DNA of 63,785 bases, the filler included, from Lenisia limosa (Eukaryota > Protista > Breviatea): the NCBI GenBank assembly GCA_001655205.1. It is 15 parts of 15 records of this genome, joined end to end, with 100 filler letters (N's around TTAATTAATTAA, not from the genome) between each part and the next. Parts side by side here need not be neighbours in the genome. Positions count along the whole stretch, not along the records: positions 31,775 to 37,153 come from LPNZ01000982.1; positions 37,254 to 40,430 come from LPNZ01001818.1; positions 40,531 to 42,311 come from LPNZ01005228.1; positions 42,412 to 45,894 come from LPNZ01003902.1; positions 45,995 to 48,544 come from LPNZ01009033.1; positions 48,645 to 55,062 come from LPNZ01009012.1; 9 more parts are not named here. One strand, given 5' to 3'. Positions 35,187-48,664 of the stretch are shown here, in pieces. Under the pieces are notes generated by a model. It searched no databases. It saw only the letters and a program-made list of their open reading frames with translations, and was not told where the DNA came from. The position numbers were made by a program, and so were the translations under genes. Every line of letters starts with the position of its first letter. Position 1 is the first letter of the stretch.

Positions 35187-36912
35187 TAGACTGTAGAGAG
35201 CCTCATCGCTAGTCTCTTCGTGGAGTATTCCATAGAATATACATCAACCAATTACCAATAACCAATACACTAACTACTATCTATAACACATAAACTGGAG
35301 CTAAAACACATACTACTATAAAAACAAAAACTGGGATTATACTTCCATTACCTCAGCCTCTTCACTCTCATCACATTCCTCAACCAGTGAAGGGACGTAT
35401 TTACCTGACTTGCCAATTTGGGGCATAGAACCTACATTGTCAGAATTGAACATCACTGCAATTAATAAACAGAAGGACCATCTCATCCAAATAAGCCAGA
35501 GCCCATGGCTTCACTGTTTTTGGCAAAGCTTCACTCAATTCCCTCCATTCCCACTCTTATCAAATGTCCTCCCCCTCCTCCAGATCATACTTGCATCCCC
35601 CCACTCCTGTTAAACAAGGACACAGACTTCCTTCGGAGCATCTGCTGCCGCCGCTTCAGGTCAATGATGCTGCCGTTTTGGGCCGCGGTTGGAGGCCTCG
35701 ATCCCAACGACGACGAATCTGGGTGGGATGAAGGAAAATAGATGGCAATTATGAGGGCAGGGGGTAGAAGAAGAATCAGAGGATTCGATGAAATACATAT
35801 ATTATACCATACATGATATCTGATACCAAATTGCATACAAGAGCAAATACCAAATTGCAGACAAGAGCAAATACCCTTTTCCCATCCCCGATCCCCCCAT
35901 CTTATGTATGCATATAGTACACTACATGTAAATATATTAGCTCAATATTCCCCCCCACTTGAAGTCAGTGACAGTCGACGGTTGTGAGTCTGAGCGGTTA
36001 AATAGGTAAATGTGAACTGTATGTTAAAATATGAACTTGGCAAAATCAGAACCATTGATTTGGCCGAAGCCGTCACCGCCATCATGCATGCGTATTGGAG
36101 TTTGCCAACCTTCGGTGTAGATGAGAGACTCTTGCCCTCCTCTTTAGGAACTCCCAAATGAGCTGGTTTATCAGAGAAGGAATGGAGAAGATTATTCAAA
36201 CAATTAACATATTAAAGAGGAACACACTTGTGAAATAACAGCATATGTTAAAAATAAACACCATCGCGAAAGAGGAGACAAGAGCAAGGATTTGAAGTAT
36301 CCAAGCAAAACCACATTGATCCCCAGCCAACATGACTCTGAAACTAAGGGGGTTTTGATTCCCTGCGGCGAGGACTCAGTCTAAAAAGGTTACGATTAAG
36401 TTGCAATCCGTTGTGTTGAGATCATATCACAAGTGGACATGACTCATCATTTCGGAGGGAAGCAATCCAAACCAATTAATCCCACCATTATATCTTCGGT
36501 ATATTGCGGGATTTCGACGGAAGGAGGTCTCGGCAGACAGGGCCGCGTGGGGGGTGCCTGCGTGTCAGAATGAGGAATTCTGTGAAATGTAGTCTACAAT
36601 ATAATATGATATACTATATATGTCTGTAATGGGAATTTTCTAAAACAAAACACATTTACATATCATATGTGAAGTATATAATTATATTCTGAACAATAGT
36701 ACAAAGATGTAATATGCTGTTTTGTTAAATACGGGAACTAGGGAGAGAGGACCTATCAAATAATTGGAAGTATAATCAGACATGTAAGTTATAGCTTGCC
36801 CAAAAGACGAACCAAATAACAAGCGCCATCAAGCTCCTCTGGCATTTCGACTTCAAAGGGGGGAATGAAAGTGTCAAGGGAAAAGATGTCTCGCACCCCC
36901 GTGTTTTCTAAA
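35187..36912 (-). CDS. Hypothetical low-complexity protein fragment
   Basis: Exons IPHSDTQAPPTRPCLPRPPSVEIPQY, SSLGSRPPTAAQNGSIIDLKRRQQMLRRKSVSLFN, KYVPSLVEECDESEEAE with GT-AG ends. Confidence 0.35.
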
Positions 36913-37586
36913 ATCGATTAATCAGAAGGAAATAAGTCAGCAATAGTAACGAGGAGAAGTTAGAATTATGTAGAAAAGACTCAATTAGAGAATAATCAGC
37001 CAAATGGTCACACAGTTAGTAATATCATATTATATAACAGTATAGCATATATATATACAGTACATCTATACATATTATATCGATATACTATACTATAATA
37101 TTATATAAAATATATATCATATAATTATATTATATTATATATACTATATGATCNNNNNNNNNNNNNNNNNNNNNNNNNNNNNNNNNNNNNNNNNNNNTTA
37201 ATTAATTAANNNNNNNNNNNNNNNNNNNNNNNNNNNNNNNNNNNNNNNNNNNNTGCTTTTAGAAACATTACTGGTCTCAAAAAAAGTGGCCCAGAACCTC
37301 AACCCTTACTCAAAAAAATTCACTAAAAAATGAATATATTACTGGGGGTTGACATGATCACTCAAGTAGACTGACGTCACACAATTTGACATGTTTTCAG
37401 CACAGTTTCCATTCCCTATGTTCCTATGTTACTAGGTTGCTACCTGTAAACGCGCAAACGCTGCGTTAACGTCAAAACGTCAACGGTTTCAAGTGCTTAA
37501 AAGTCCAAAATAAAATAAGAAAACAATTCAAAAAGTGAGTAACTAAATCTCAACAGAACCATGACAGGCATGAAAAGAGAGGAGAG

Positions 37587-40430
37587 CTACTGCTTCTTGG
37601 CGAAAGACACTCTCAGGTGGTTCTCTTCGGTCAAAGGAAGGTTGTGTGTGGCCACCTATTTGTCAGACAGGATACAGAACGAAACAGCGATGCCCCTTCT
37701 AGACTCCATATTTTGGTAAATCTCAAATATTAAGCAGCGCGTCTGAGTATTCCACCCAAGAAAAATTATCTGTTATTAAGTATATAGTTGTGTACATATG
37801 AACAACCCTTTTAAATTTCCCAATACATAATAATACAAGAACATTCAAGAATAACAGACTGCCTTTCCCCCCCCCCCCCNNNNNNNNNNNNNNNNNNNNN
37901 NNNNNNNNNNNNNNNNNNNNNNNNNNNNNNNNNNNNNNNNNNNNNNNNNNNNNNNNNNNNNNNNNNNNNNNNNNNNNNNNNNNNNNNNNNNNNNNNNNNN
38001 NCCATCTTGTTGCTGTTGTTGAAGAATCGGAAGTTGACGACATTGCCGAACTCTCCGAACTAAACTGTCATTATTCTGAAACGAAATCGGGTGTATTTGA
38101 ACAAGGTATAGAAAAGCTGACAATTTCGTTGTTCTTTCAATCAGAATATATAGCAATGAGAAATAAAAAAACTAAGGTTGTATCTGGCTGAAGCCGTCCA
38201 CACAATCACGTTTATAATGGTTTTTGTGTAATATTAATTCACCCAATCAATTGCCTTACAACTCTATACACACAGCTTACTGCGTGCCGCCTCCCCAGCA
38301 TACAATCAGAAGAAGCAGTCGTCCCTCTCACCTTTTGTCTGAGTGTCTCCTCAGTTGTTCCCTCAGGGATGTTGGAAATGTGGAGGCTGGAGGGTGAGGG
38401 TGAAATAGGAGTTCATGTAGCTATGTGACAAATAGGGCTTCACTTCGGTTTGAAAAAGACCGGTACATTATCGATAATTTTCAAGGATTTATCGAGAAAT
38501 TCTTGAACCGAAGTGAAGCCCTCGTGAAAAATTCTGCGAAGCATTGATGATTCTTTTGGGGATTTAAAAGGAGTTCAGTTCACATTTGACGAGCCTACTT
38601 GGTGTTGGGAGGGAAGATGTTCTGGTAGTTCTTGGAGTCTGGCTTCTTGAAGCGGTGAAGGGGAGAGTCGGTGTAGTCACGGTTGAGGTTCGGACCCTGT
38701 CGCTATTACAATGGACAATGATTGGGGGTTCTCTAAAGGACCAAAAAAGGATGATACTGATATTCTCGGTTTTAAAAAAATAGAGATATTATTTCAAAAT
38801 AAGTTTCGTGGTTTGATATCTAGTCAGCAAGCTTACGTCATCCTGATCAGTAGTGGGAGCGGGCGTGATCGAGGAGAAATGAGACGCCCGCACGGTCATA
38901 GGCTTGGAGAAGAGGGTGCATTGGTTCAAATTGTTGATGCACGTACGGCTGTGAATGTCAGGGAAACAGTCATGACACCTACAAAATATCGATAAATGAT
39001 ACCATATACTAGTAGTACTTCACTCAAAATTTTGTGCACTCTATAAAAACCACTTCAGTTCTGAAAAAGACAATTTTCCATAAATCCTCAAAATTCTCCA
39101 ACTTTGTTGTCTTTTGGAACCGAAATTCAGCACAGTCATGATTAGGGCTTCTACGGTCCGAAAAAGACCATCGATATTTATCGAGAATTTATCGGGGAAA
39201 TTCAGTCTTTTTTTGGGACCGTAGGGAAGCCCTTGTCATGATACAAAACCCGGTACGAACCATTGTTGCTCGGTAGCGACTTGGACCAAGGCATTGTCAC
39301 GCTTGTTGAACATGATTTTAACGCGCTGCACGTCTCCGAACACGCCAAAGAGAACGAACAGAATATCGGGGGTGACTCGCTGCGGGGGGGAGTAAAACGA
39401 AGAAAATTTCGATGAAGAATATTGGCGTAAAGGTACGGGGGGGAGAAAAATTGAAAATTTATGAAACAAAAAAGCCCAAAATCAACTCTGCTGACAACAC
39501 ATTAGGGTTGATAACAAAACAAACAAAGCCACATCCTATTACCCCAGCGTAGTAAAACTCAGGAAATTCCAAAGAATAATGGCGAAAAGGCGCTAAAAAG
39601 GTTGATATCTCGTTTTCCCCTGACCTACCTCAGGGTCAAGGTTGCCAACCATCATCACGACCTGTTGTTGCCGGGACTGTTGGGGCAGGAACTGGTTTCC
39701 TCCCTTCACGATGAGATCAAATGATACAACAAAAAAAGGGGGTGGTGTTGATATCCCTCAGCTACGTCATGGGGGGGGGGGGNNNNNNNNNNNNNNNNNN
39801 NNNNNNNNNNNNNNNNNNNNNNNNNNNNNNNNNNNNNNNNNNNNNNNNNNNNNNNNNNNNNNNNNNNNNNNNNNNNNNNNNNNNNNNNNNNNNNNGTGAG
39901 CTGCCACTTTGCTGAAACTGTCAGCGAAAAGTGCAGACTTGAGCTAAACTACATATGCGGCGAGAAAGACCATGAAGTATTGATATTGCTTTTGAAAGAT
40001 TGTTCGAGAGTAACGAAGGTCAAAGCCACACGGAAGAACAACCTCATGTTTTTTATATGTTGTGATTTGACACTTTTATTTCGAAAATCATGATAAGACA
40101 GAGGGCAATTCCAACAAATGTACGGCTCACAAAACCTACGTTGCCAGTGGGCAGATTGTTGTTGAAGAAGTCCCGTGACCTGAAGGGTAAAGAAAGGAAG
40201 CGTTAGTGACAGAACGGCTTCGACAAAGAAAGTCCAAAAATACCAATACTATATTACACGCTCAACTGAGAGGTCTGATCTGTACACTTGAGGGAACAGC
40301 CCAAAAAAAGATCAATACAGATGAGAACAGAAAGCCACCCCAGCTACTTGTCGGAGTTTTGCCTGACAGTAAGGTCGTCGAGGTTGGAGTACTGCAGCTG
40401 AAGCGTGCAGCACGCGTTGTAAATGTTTTT
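37587..40430 (-). CDS. PTBP1: Polypyrimidine tract-binding protein (end of RRM2, RRM3, RRM4), 5'-partial
   Basis: [102 protein letters not shown]. Confidence 0.93.
38433..38523. mobile_element. hAT-type MITE family A (A1)
   Basis: TIRs plus TSD GTGACAAA / GTGAAAAA. Confidence 0.85.
39143..39234. mobile_element. hAT-type MITE family A (A2)
   Basis: Perfect 8-bp TSD GTCATGAT. Confidence 0.88.
39380..39530 (-). repeat. Family B followed by module C, ending at a PTBP 3' splice site
   Basis: B (…TTTCATAAATTTTCAATTTTTCTCCCCCCC) then C (GTACCTTTACGCCAATATTCTTCATCGAAATTTTCTTCGTTTTACTCCCCCCCGCAG|exon). Same B-C order at 47542-47654. Confidence 0.8.
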
Positions 40431-40999
40431 NNNNNNNNNNNNNNNNNNNNNNNNNNNNNNNNNNNNNNNNNNNNTTAATTAATTAANNNNNNNNNNNNNN
40501 NNNNNNNNNNNNNNNNNNNNNNNNNNNNNNCCTTGCTAAAGTGGAGTTTAATGCTTCTTCCTATGTTGCGAACCAGGCGTTCATAGGGCCTTATATGGAG
40601 GTTTGTGTGGGGATTGTGTGAGGTTTGTGTGAGGCAATATCTAGAGTTGTCAGAAATTCTGTTTTTTTGATCAATGTTTGTGTGGGTCTTTTTTTTGTTT
40701 TTTGTTAGTCTGGATTCAGTGGCTGAGCAACCACTCCCCAAAGAGGTGGGAAGACCTCAATAAAAAAAAAGAAAAAGCTTGTTTTCGGAAAAATGAAATG
40801 GCAAACCTCCACAATAAGATAAATCAACACTTCATAAAAGAACAAATCAAAGAAAATATCCATAAGGATCAATAATATCAAACATAGATACAATAATGTG
40901 CTAGTGCAAACTCCCACATAAGAACCAGTAAAACAAAAAAGCTCAAAGGCCCTGAAAATGTGGTTTTTTTCTTTGCAGTTCAACCGCCGGATCTTTATG

Positions 41000-41960
41000 A
41001 TCTTAGACTTTGCTGCAAAAATGCCTGGTTACACACACCCAATAACAAAATGTTAATAAATAATAAATAAGAAACAAAATGAGACCATGAATGAAGATGG
41101 GTGCTTAAAACGGATAGTCTGCAATCTGAAAGTAAACACACCAGACTCATTGGCTTGAGTTGTCTGAAGTCAAACATCAAACTGAGGAAACTTTGTAATG
41201 TATAACTGATCTTGTAGCTGAAAAATAGCTCTATTTCAAGAAAAGCGGAAGAGGTAGATCTAAGGTCTTTGTTTCTTTGTGGTATCAAGGCTGAAACAGT
41301 CAACCTGACTGGCTTTTCAAAGTCTGTGGGTGAAACACCACAGCTTTTGCAAACAATTTGATAAGTTCATCTTCAGTGAAAAAAACAAACAGAACACAGG
41401 AAAACTTCACGTCCAAGCTTGTACATCCCTACTGTAATGCGCTTGGCAACATCGTCAATGGAGAGTGGTGAAGTGCACATCTAAAACCATCAGTTTGAAA
41501 TGGCGTGAATTTCATCCGCACTCCACCCTTGGCGCAAAGCAGTTCGCTCTTGGCACAAAGCAGTCCACTCTCATCGCGGAATGTCTCCCTCCGGATCATC
41601 TTCTCCACAGAGCTATAACCAATCTCCACAGGGAAATATCCGCGGCCTAAGACTTCGACACCCTCCTGGACCCACTTGAAGGAGCGGAACTGCTTCTTAT
41701 GGGAAGAGGTCCACTTCTCATAGGAACCCAAATGAGCAACGAGAAGACATCAAATAAATTGAGGCTGAGCAATTATTCCCCCCTTTCAACCCCCCAATAT
41801 ATTTTCCTTTTTATTTCCCTTACCATCCCTCCATTTGTTTTCTCTCTCAAATTCCGATTTTGACTTGCCCAGGATCCTGAGTTGAATTCGTCCGTGATGA
41901 TGGAAGATTTGAACATAACCCTTAACGCGACAACGTTTATGCCTGACCTCGAGCGAGACA
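41000..41960 (-). pseudogene. Orphan or degenerate coding fragments
   Basis: Open stretches VRHKRCRVKGYVQIFHHHGRIQLRILG and GSYEKWTSSHKKQFRSFKWVQEGVEVLGRGYFP; frames do not join cleanly; no homology recognised. Confidence 0.25.
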
Positions 41961-43010
41961 AGTGAGCTTTTTATGAGTGTTTTTGGCGAGAAATAATACA
42001 GACACCACCGCATCCACCACAAGATGTCATCTTATCATATACTAATTATTTCCTATGCACTGATTGCGATAAGTCTTGACACGATTGACCAAAGATAAAG
42101 CCCGATAGCAGTGTCAGGACTTATTGCGGTCACGGTAAAACACATGTAGTATTCTATGTTTTTATTAAATGATTTAAGTTATAAAAGTATATTCTGAACA
42201 AAATCAAGCCAGCATGTTTGGATAATTGATGTTCTGCGAATAGGATATTAATGACATATCAGAGCGAACCCCTACGGAGACTCATCAGAACGCCCCTCTC
42301 GCTACTTCCCTNNNNNNNNNNNNNNNNNNNNNNNNNNNNNNNNNNNNNNNNNNNNTTAATTAATTAANNNNNNNNNNNNNNNNNNNNNNNNNNNNNNNNN
42401 NNNNNNNNNNNCTCACCCCTCCAACAGGGGTTCATTCTACTTTGCTGTTTGGTCAGTCTTTCGTTACTCACTGTTGGGGTGCCATATCACCTTTTGGGTC
42501 TGTGATACGATACCTTATATTGACTACTGCAATGATACTCTGATGAAACCTCGTTGTTTTATAATCGTATTGATTCCCTTTGTCTCACTACTTTTCTGGC
42601 CGACAATAGTTCCCTCAATGAAGACGAATTTTTTCTTCTTTTTTTTTGTGATGTTTATTGAGAAAAGCAGTCAACATTAGGAGATGACAATCGGGGCTTT
42701 ACAAAGGTCCGAAAAANNNNNNNNNNNNNNNNNNNNNNNNNNNNNNNNNNNNNNNNNNNNNNNNNNNNNNNNNNNNNNNNNNNNNNNNNNNNNNNNNNNN
42801 NNNNNNNNNNNNNNNNNNNNNNNNNNNNNNNNNNNNNNNNNNNNNNNNNNNNNNNNNNNNNNNNNNNNNNNNNNNNNNNNNNNNNNNNNNNNNNNNNNAC
42901 CGGCCCTCCATAATCTTCATCGAAATTCCTTCGTCCCCCTCCCCCCCCCCCACGTCATAAGACCCTCAATATTGTTCACTCTGAGTTATTCTGATTCTCT
43001 TACCCCGCAC

Positions 43011-45710
43011 AGGGCAGTACGGAAGGAGGGCTCAATAGAATGACTTATGCCTTTGACAGAAGTGAGGAGGGTGCGACAAAAGTAATGTATTTTGCTGATG
43101 CTTTGACGCTGTGTTGCTGTTCAACACCCTATATTCAATTATTCAACCACCCAGAGACTTTCTTGATTCAACTTATCCAGACTTTCTTTATTCAACTTAT
43201 CCAGGCACGTTGACTTGGTCAGCATTATCACGTGCCCTTTACCCTGCCGATTACTTCTCCAACGACGTACTCGAGGATGGTGGGTTCTGGATAGTGTGTT
43301 TTGTTTAGGGCTTCCCTGCGATCCGAAAAAGACCAGTAAAATATCGATATTTATCGAGGATTTATCTAGAAATTCAGTCTTTTTTGGGAAACCCTGGTTT
43401 TGTTTGTACGCGGATGGTGGGTTTTGTTCAGTTCTTTACGATGCAGTGCTGCAGAAGCGACTGGCTTGGGCTTTGTTTGTTTTGTTTTTATCAACCCTTG
43501 TGTGTTGTCAGCCAACAACAGAGTTGATTTGGGGGTTTTTTTCTTGTTTCATAATTGCCTAGATTTCTGATTGTGTTAGCTCAGGAACTTTTTTTTTTTT
43601 CTTTTCTTTTATTTCATATTTTCCATTATCATCCCCCCTAGACACGAAAGGGCAAATTGCAGTGCAGTTTGGCGGGAGAGGGCCAAACGCATCTCCCCTC
43701 ATTTCGAACCTCTACACCTACCAGGAATGTTAGTGGGAATATTGGTGCTTCAAGCCTCCATAATTATATTTCATATGTATGAAGTGCGCGTATATTTCAT
43801 AATATTCTATGTCTACGATACCAATATCGCTTTTATGGATAGATTCTTTATCATTTCTCATCATTATGTTCAATTTTTATGTAGCTAAGAGAGGAGTTAT
43901 GTCCATAGTATGTCTTTTTTGTAATCCTCCAGTACTCATTGTTCAAAGGTCTTTTTCATACATCCCCTCCAGCAATTGATTTTTGGAATGAGATCTACCA
44001 GCCAGCTTGCGCGGATCCTGATTCTGCTACAGAACTCTGCCCTTGGCCCCAACCAAGGTACAGCATGGTCTTCACAGATCTACTCTGTACTTATTGTCTT
44101 GGTATTCTTTGTTCATTGTAAAGAGTGCTGTTCGTGTCTGCTGTTTGTAAAGAGTGTTGGTGTTTGCACAAGCTTACTGTCCGCGTGCTAAATCCTTGAC
44201 CAATTATCTGAATGGCAAACCTGAAGGATTTGGTCCAGTCTTACCGACCACACCTTGCTTTGCCATATAGTAGCAACAACCTACATCTGCCATTCAAACG
44301 ATGTTATCAAACCCTGGTTAATCTTCAACAATTTCTACCGAGTGGTTGTTTTGTTCCATGCAATCTCCATTTAACCTCCCAGGTTTGACCAAGCCTCGGT
44401 GGTTGCCGGAAGGGTCCTGTACATCTTCGGCGGAATCAAGCTGAAAAGCAGCGACACTGTGGATGTCGGCATCATTACGGATGAAATGTGGAAATTCGAT
44501 TTCGACCAGGCCACACGTTTGGGGGGGGGGGACTCTTAAGCTAAGGCATCATTGAATCCCTGACAAATCCGCAATATTTTACTGGGTTTACTCGATTCAC
44601 TTTGTAGCGCAAACATTCACCCAAATTGAGCGCGCAAGCACGTGGCCTCAAAACAGAACCGGCGCGGTAGACGGGGGGTCTATTGTTTTTTTGGAGGGGG
44701 ATGCACATGGTTTTGTGAATAAGTATATTATCATGCAACAACTCCATAAGTGCGGTAGTGGACGGCTTCTTCCAGATACTCAATTTTCTCACACATGTCT
44801 ACATTTTAGTTTTTATCATCTACTATATGCATACACACTGAACTCCAAGTCTAAACCCCGCTTACCTTATTTGCCACTTATTTCGTAATTCTATACGGTA
44901 ACAAACAAGTCCGAATCTCATCACAAATTCCTATATCTCAGAGGGTGGTGAAGCTAATATGAAAACAAACCTAAATCACCTCTGTTGGAAGTATTTGAGA
45001 GCAACAAAAACAAAGGTCTCTCCATTCCCCAACCACAAGTTGATCTTCCCCTGACCCCCAGGTTGCAATTGACACCGGGCCTTTTATGCTCATGTTTGGC
45101 GGGTACGACAACAGCCAGACCCCCCATGTTTACTTCAATGACCTCTGGCGGTTCTCTTATTGTAAGGAGGGGCGTTTCATTGTTCCTCTTAGCATTATTC
45201 TGTATCCAATACAATTCTTCTTCTTCTTCTTCTTCTTTTCTTCACCATTGCCACTACGCCAACCATCCTTGTCCCAACAGCATAACCCTTACTCCAAAAT
45301 TCTCTTTATGAATGAAGGTGTAGATGGTTTCGGCCAGATACTCTCTTGTTTTATTTATCATCTCTATTGCATTAACCAAAACAGCCACATCAACATGGGA
45401 AGAAGTCATCCCAGACACGTCCCCCCCTCCCGCTCGCCAGAACCCTGCTTACGCCATGGACGAGATTTTCCTCTATGTCTTTGGAGGAGAGACACAAACT
45501 TCAAGAAGAAGAGCCACCGGTGGGGTCCCTTATGTATTTCTGATGCAAATGATGGGGTCAATACTATTGCACTGTGAGAGTCAAAATCTTCAGTAAATGA
45601 GTTGGAAGATAGGTTTTTCTAATTTCTATTTCTGAAATAATATATTCCAAGATTTTATTTCCTGCATTTCCTGCATTGACCTTGGCAGCCGATCTCAATG
45701 ATCTCTGGAG
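43011..45710 (+). CDS. Kelch-repeat protein fragment
   Basis: YAFDRSTLTWS, PRFDQASVVAGRVLYIFGG..DEMWKFD, MLMFGGYD..YFNDLWRFS, PPARQNPAYAMDEIFLYVFGG, DLNDLW (repeated GG / DLW Kelch signatures). Confidence 0.82.
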
Positions 45711-46209
45711 GTACCAGTATTCAAGATACGGACCGGTTTGAGGGGCTTACCGTCGGCCTGAAAATCACAGGAATTCTCGGTGATTAATCGAGGGTTTTCG
45801 GGTGTTATTGAGAGTGTATCGAAGTTTAATTGGGAGATTCCTGATTTCCTTTTTTTTTGGTACCGAGACGGGTTTGTCCTTGGGGGGGGGGGGGNNNNNN
45901 NNNNNNNNNNNNNNNNNNNNNNNNNNNNNNNNNNNNNNTTAATTAATTAANNNNNNNNNNNNNNNNNNNNNNNNNNNNNNNNNNNNNNNNNNNNCTTGTA
46001 GTAGCCCATGACACAAGAGGTGCAGCGGTCTCCCACGTAGCCTGGCGCACAGACTGTCTCCGCCCGGCCTGGGGTGTTAACATGGGTAAATGATAAAAGA
46101 GGAATTACTTGATACTGTTATTTTTGTTTCTTTTTTTTTCACAGAATGTTAAAATGACTCACGGGTTAATATTCCTCTTGAGTTAATCACCACAACACCC
46201 CTCACCTCC

Positions 46210-48545
46210 AAGACATGCTGCTGCCACAATACACTGTAAGAACTCAGGTGTACCACTTGCATCTTTCTCTCCTGGGGGGGGGGGGNNNNNNNNNNNNNNN
46301 NNNNNNNNNNNNNNNNNNNNNNNNNNNNNNNNNNNNNNNNNNNNNNNNNNNNNNNNNNNNNNNNNNNNNNNNNNNNNNNNNNNNNNNNNNNNNNNNNNNN
46401 NNNNNNNNNNNNNNNNNNNNNNNNNNNNNNNNNNNNNNNNNNNNNNNNNNNNNNNNNAGGCAGATGGATTGGCGTAAAGCGTTTGTGTGGATTATGTAGA
46501 GAATATTACGAAAAAGTATGTTACAGCCAAATTTTCAATAGTGTGCCAACGCGCATTGGCGTGAACCCCCCTACCACTAGCCCAGCATCCTGGTAGAGCA
46601 ACAGGGAACTCGTCTCCACCCGGACAATCGCCACACGCCGGACAGGCCTCGCATTTGTGCGTGTCGGGCGAGACAAAGAAGAGCGGTCTGCACCAGCACC
46701 GGGGGGACTGCGAGTAAAAGGGAGAGAGAGAAGCAACACACAGACACACACACACAGAGAGAGGGATATGGGATCTATACAGAATGAAGATTAAAATTGT
46801 GAAATTGAAAACCATGAACACCACGAAACCCTCTTACCCCCTCGGGCGAATATGATGAATTAGGGTTGTCTTCGGAGCCATATTCCTCCGAGCACTTGAG
46901 GCACTTGGACATGCCAGTATTGGGAGCATAATAGTTCGCAGAACAGGCGTCGCACTTTCTCATCCCTTCATCGGGGGCTATGTAGCCCGCTGCGCATTTG
47001 TCGTTGCAGTGCGTCTGGCCGCGACGGGAGGCATAGTGACCCTATTGGGGGGGGGGGGGNNNNNNNNNNNNNNNNNNNNNNNNNNNNNNNNNNNNNNNNN
47101 NNNNNNNNNNNNNNNNNNNNNNNNNNNNNNNNNNNNNNNNNNNNNNNNNNNNNNNNNNNNNNNNNNNNNNNNNNNNNNNNNNNNNNNNNNNNNNNNNNNN
47201 NNNNNNNNNNNNNNNNNNNNNNNNNNNNNNNNNNNNNNNNNNNNNNNNNNAGGGATTATGAAGGGATCATGGTGCCATGTAAGGTGTTAAATGTGAGCAC
47301 CTCCCAAGGGATTGAATTACACAAAATAGCATAGTCCCTACCAATTCACAATACTTGCATTCGAACTGGGCCTCCTCATCAGTGAAACGGCCATAGGCGC
47401 ATTTAAGGCAGCTCTCCGCTCCCTCATCACTGTAGTAGCCCTTTTGGCACGGAATTGGCTCAACTTGGCCCTTTTTACACTCGTAGCCTCGGGGGCATGT
47501 TGTGCAGTAGCTTGCTGTCGCATTGTCTCGTGTGAAGGTTCCTGGGGGAGTAAAACGAAGGAAATTTTGATGAATATGGGGACAAATTAGTGGGGAAAAT
47601 GGATAATATGAAACAAATAAGCCCAAAATCAACTCTGTTGGCTGATCACACACGNNNNNNNNNNNNNNNNNNNNNNNNNNNNNNNNNNNNNNNNNNNNNN
47701 NNNNNNNNNNNNNNNNNNNNNNNNNNNNNNNNNNNNNNNNNNNNNNNNNNNNNNNNNNNNNNNNNNNNNNNNNNNNNNNNNNNNNNNNNNNNNNNNNNNN
47801 NNNNNNNNNNNNNNNNNNNNNNNNNNNNNNNNNNNNNNNNNCAGCTTTCTGCGTGCCTCCCCAGCATAGTTATCCATTGATTAGAGAATGAAAAGCAGGA
47901 GATAAAAACAGGCCGCCCTCTATAGATTCATCATAAACAGGCCGCCCTCTACAGATTCATCATAAACTCTGACAAACCTCAAGCTCTTCACCTGGTTGAC
48001 AGACATGTACCCTCACCTGGTTGGCAGACGTCAGGGATGACTTGTCCCTCTAGACAAGCGTAACCCGCGGGACATGCTAAACAGTCTTTGGTCATTGATG
48101 ATGACGAGTAGCTGCCTGCAAGACACAGGGTGCAGTTCGACGCGCTGGCCGCAGAGAAAGATCCTGGGGGGGGGGGGTAAAATTGGAAAATATATGAAAC
48201 AAAAAGAGCCCAAAATTGGGGGGATGGAATAACTAAATCCAAAATTTTAAGAAAAAGATGCCTCATAGAAAAAGATGATAAACAGTACTCCCCCCCTCAC
48301 CAGGTTCACAAGGCAGATACTCACTAGCTGGCTGCGGGCATTTGGCGCCTACCGGACATTCCAAACACTCTGCTTTGTTAGAGTGTCACTTTTAGTGTGT
48401 AATTGCGGGGATGATGGTGACGATTTGCAGTGATAGTACTACATTCACTCGAAGTTTCCCTCACCAACCTTGAGACCCTTCAAACGGCTGATATGTACCA
48501 TCCGGGCACATTTCACAGGACGTTGATGCCAATGCTTGGGAGTAN
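46210..48545 (-). CDS. Cys-rich surface protein with GCC2/GCC3 (ephrin-receptor-like) repeats, fragment
   Basis: Repeated CxxCPxG.Y units: CLECPVGAKC, CTLCLAGSYS, CTTCPRGYEC..CQKGYYS, CLKCAYGRFT, CDACSANYYAP, CEACPACGDCPGG. Confidence 0.75.
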
Positions 48546-48664
48546 NNNNNNNNNNNNNNNNNNNNNNNNNNNNNNNNNNNNNNNNNNNTTAATTAATTAA
48601 NNNNNNNNNNNNNNNNNNNNNNNNNNNNNNNNNNNNNNNNNNNNAGAGCCACCCCCCCCACCCA

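Noticed and set aside
33640-41770. UGA reassigned to Trp (e.g. VI*AWTMM at ~34040, PQFI*CLL at ~41755)
   Set aside because: All Trp in conserved genes use TGG, and NAGPA appears to end in TGA. The in-frame TGAs fall in probable introns or degenerate regions.
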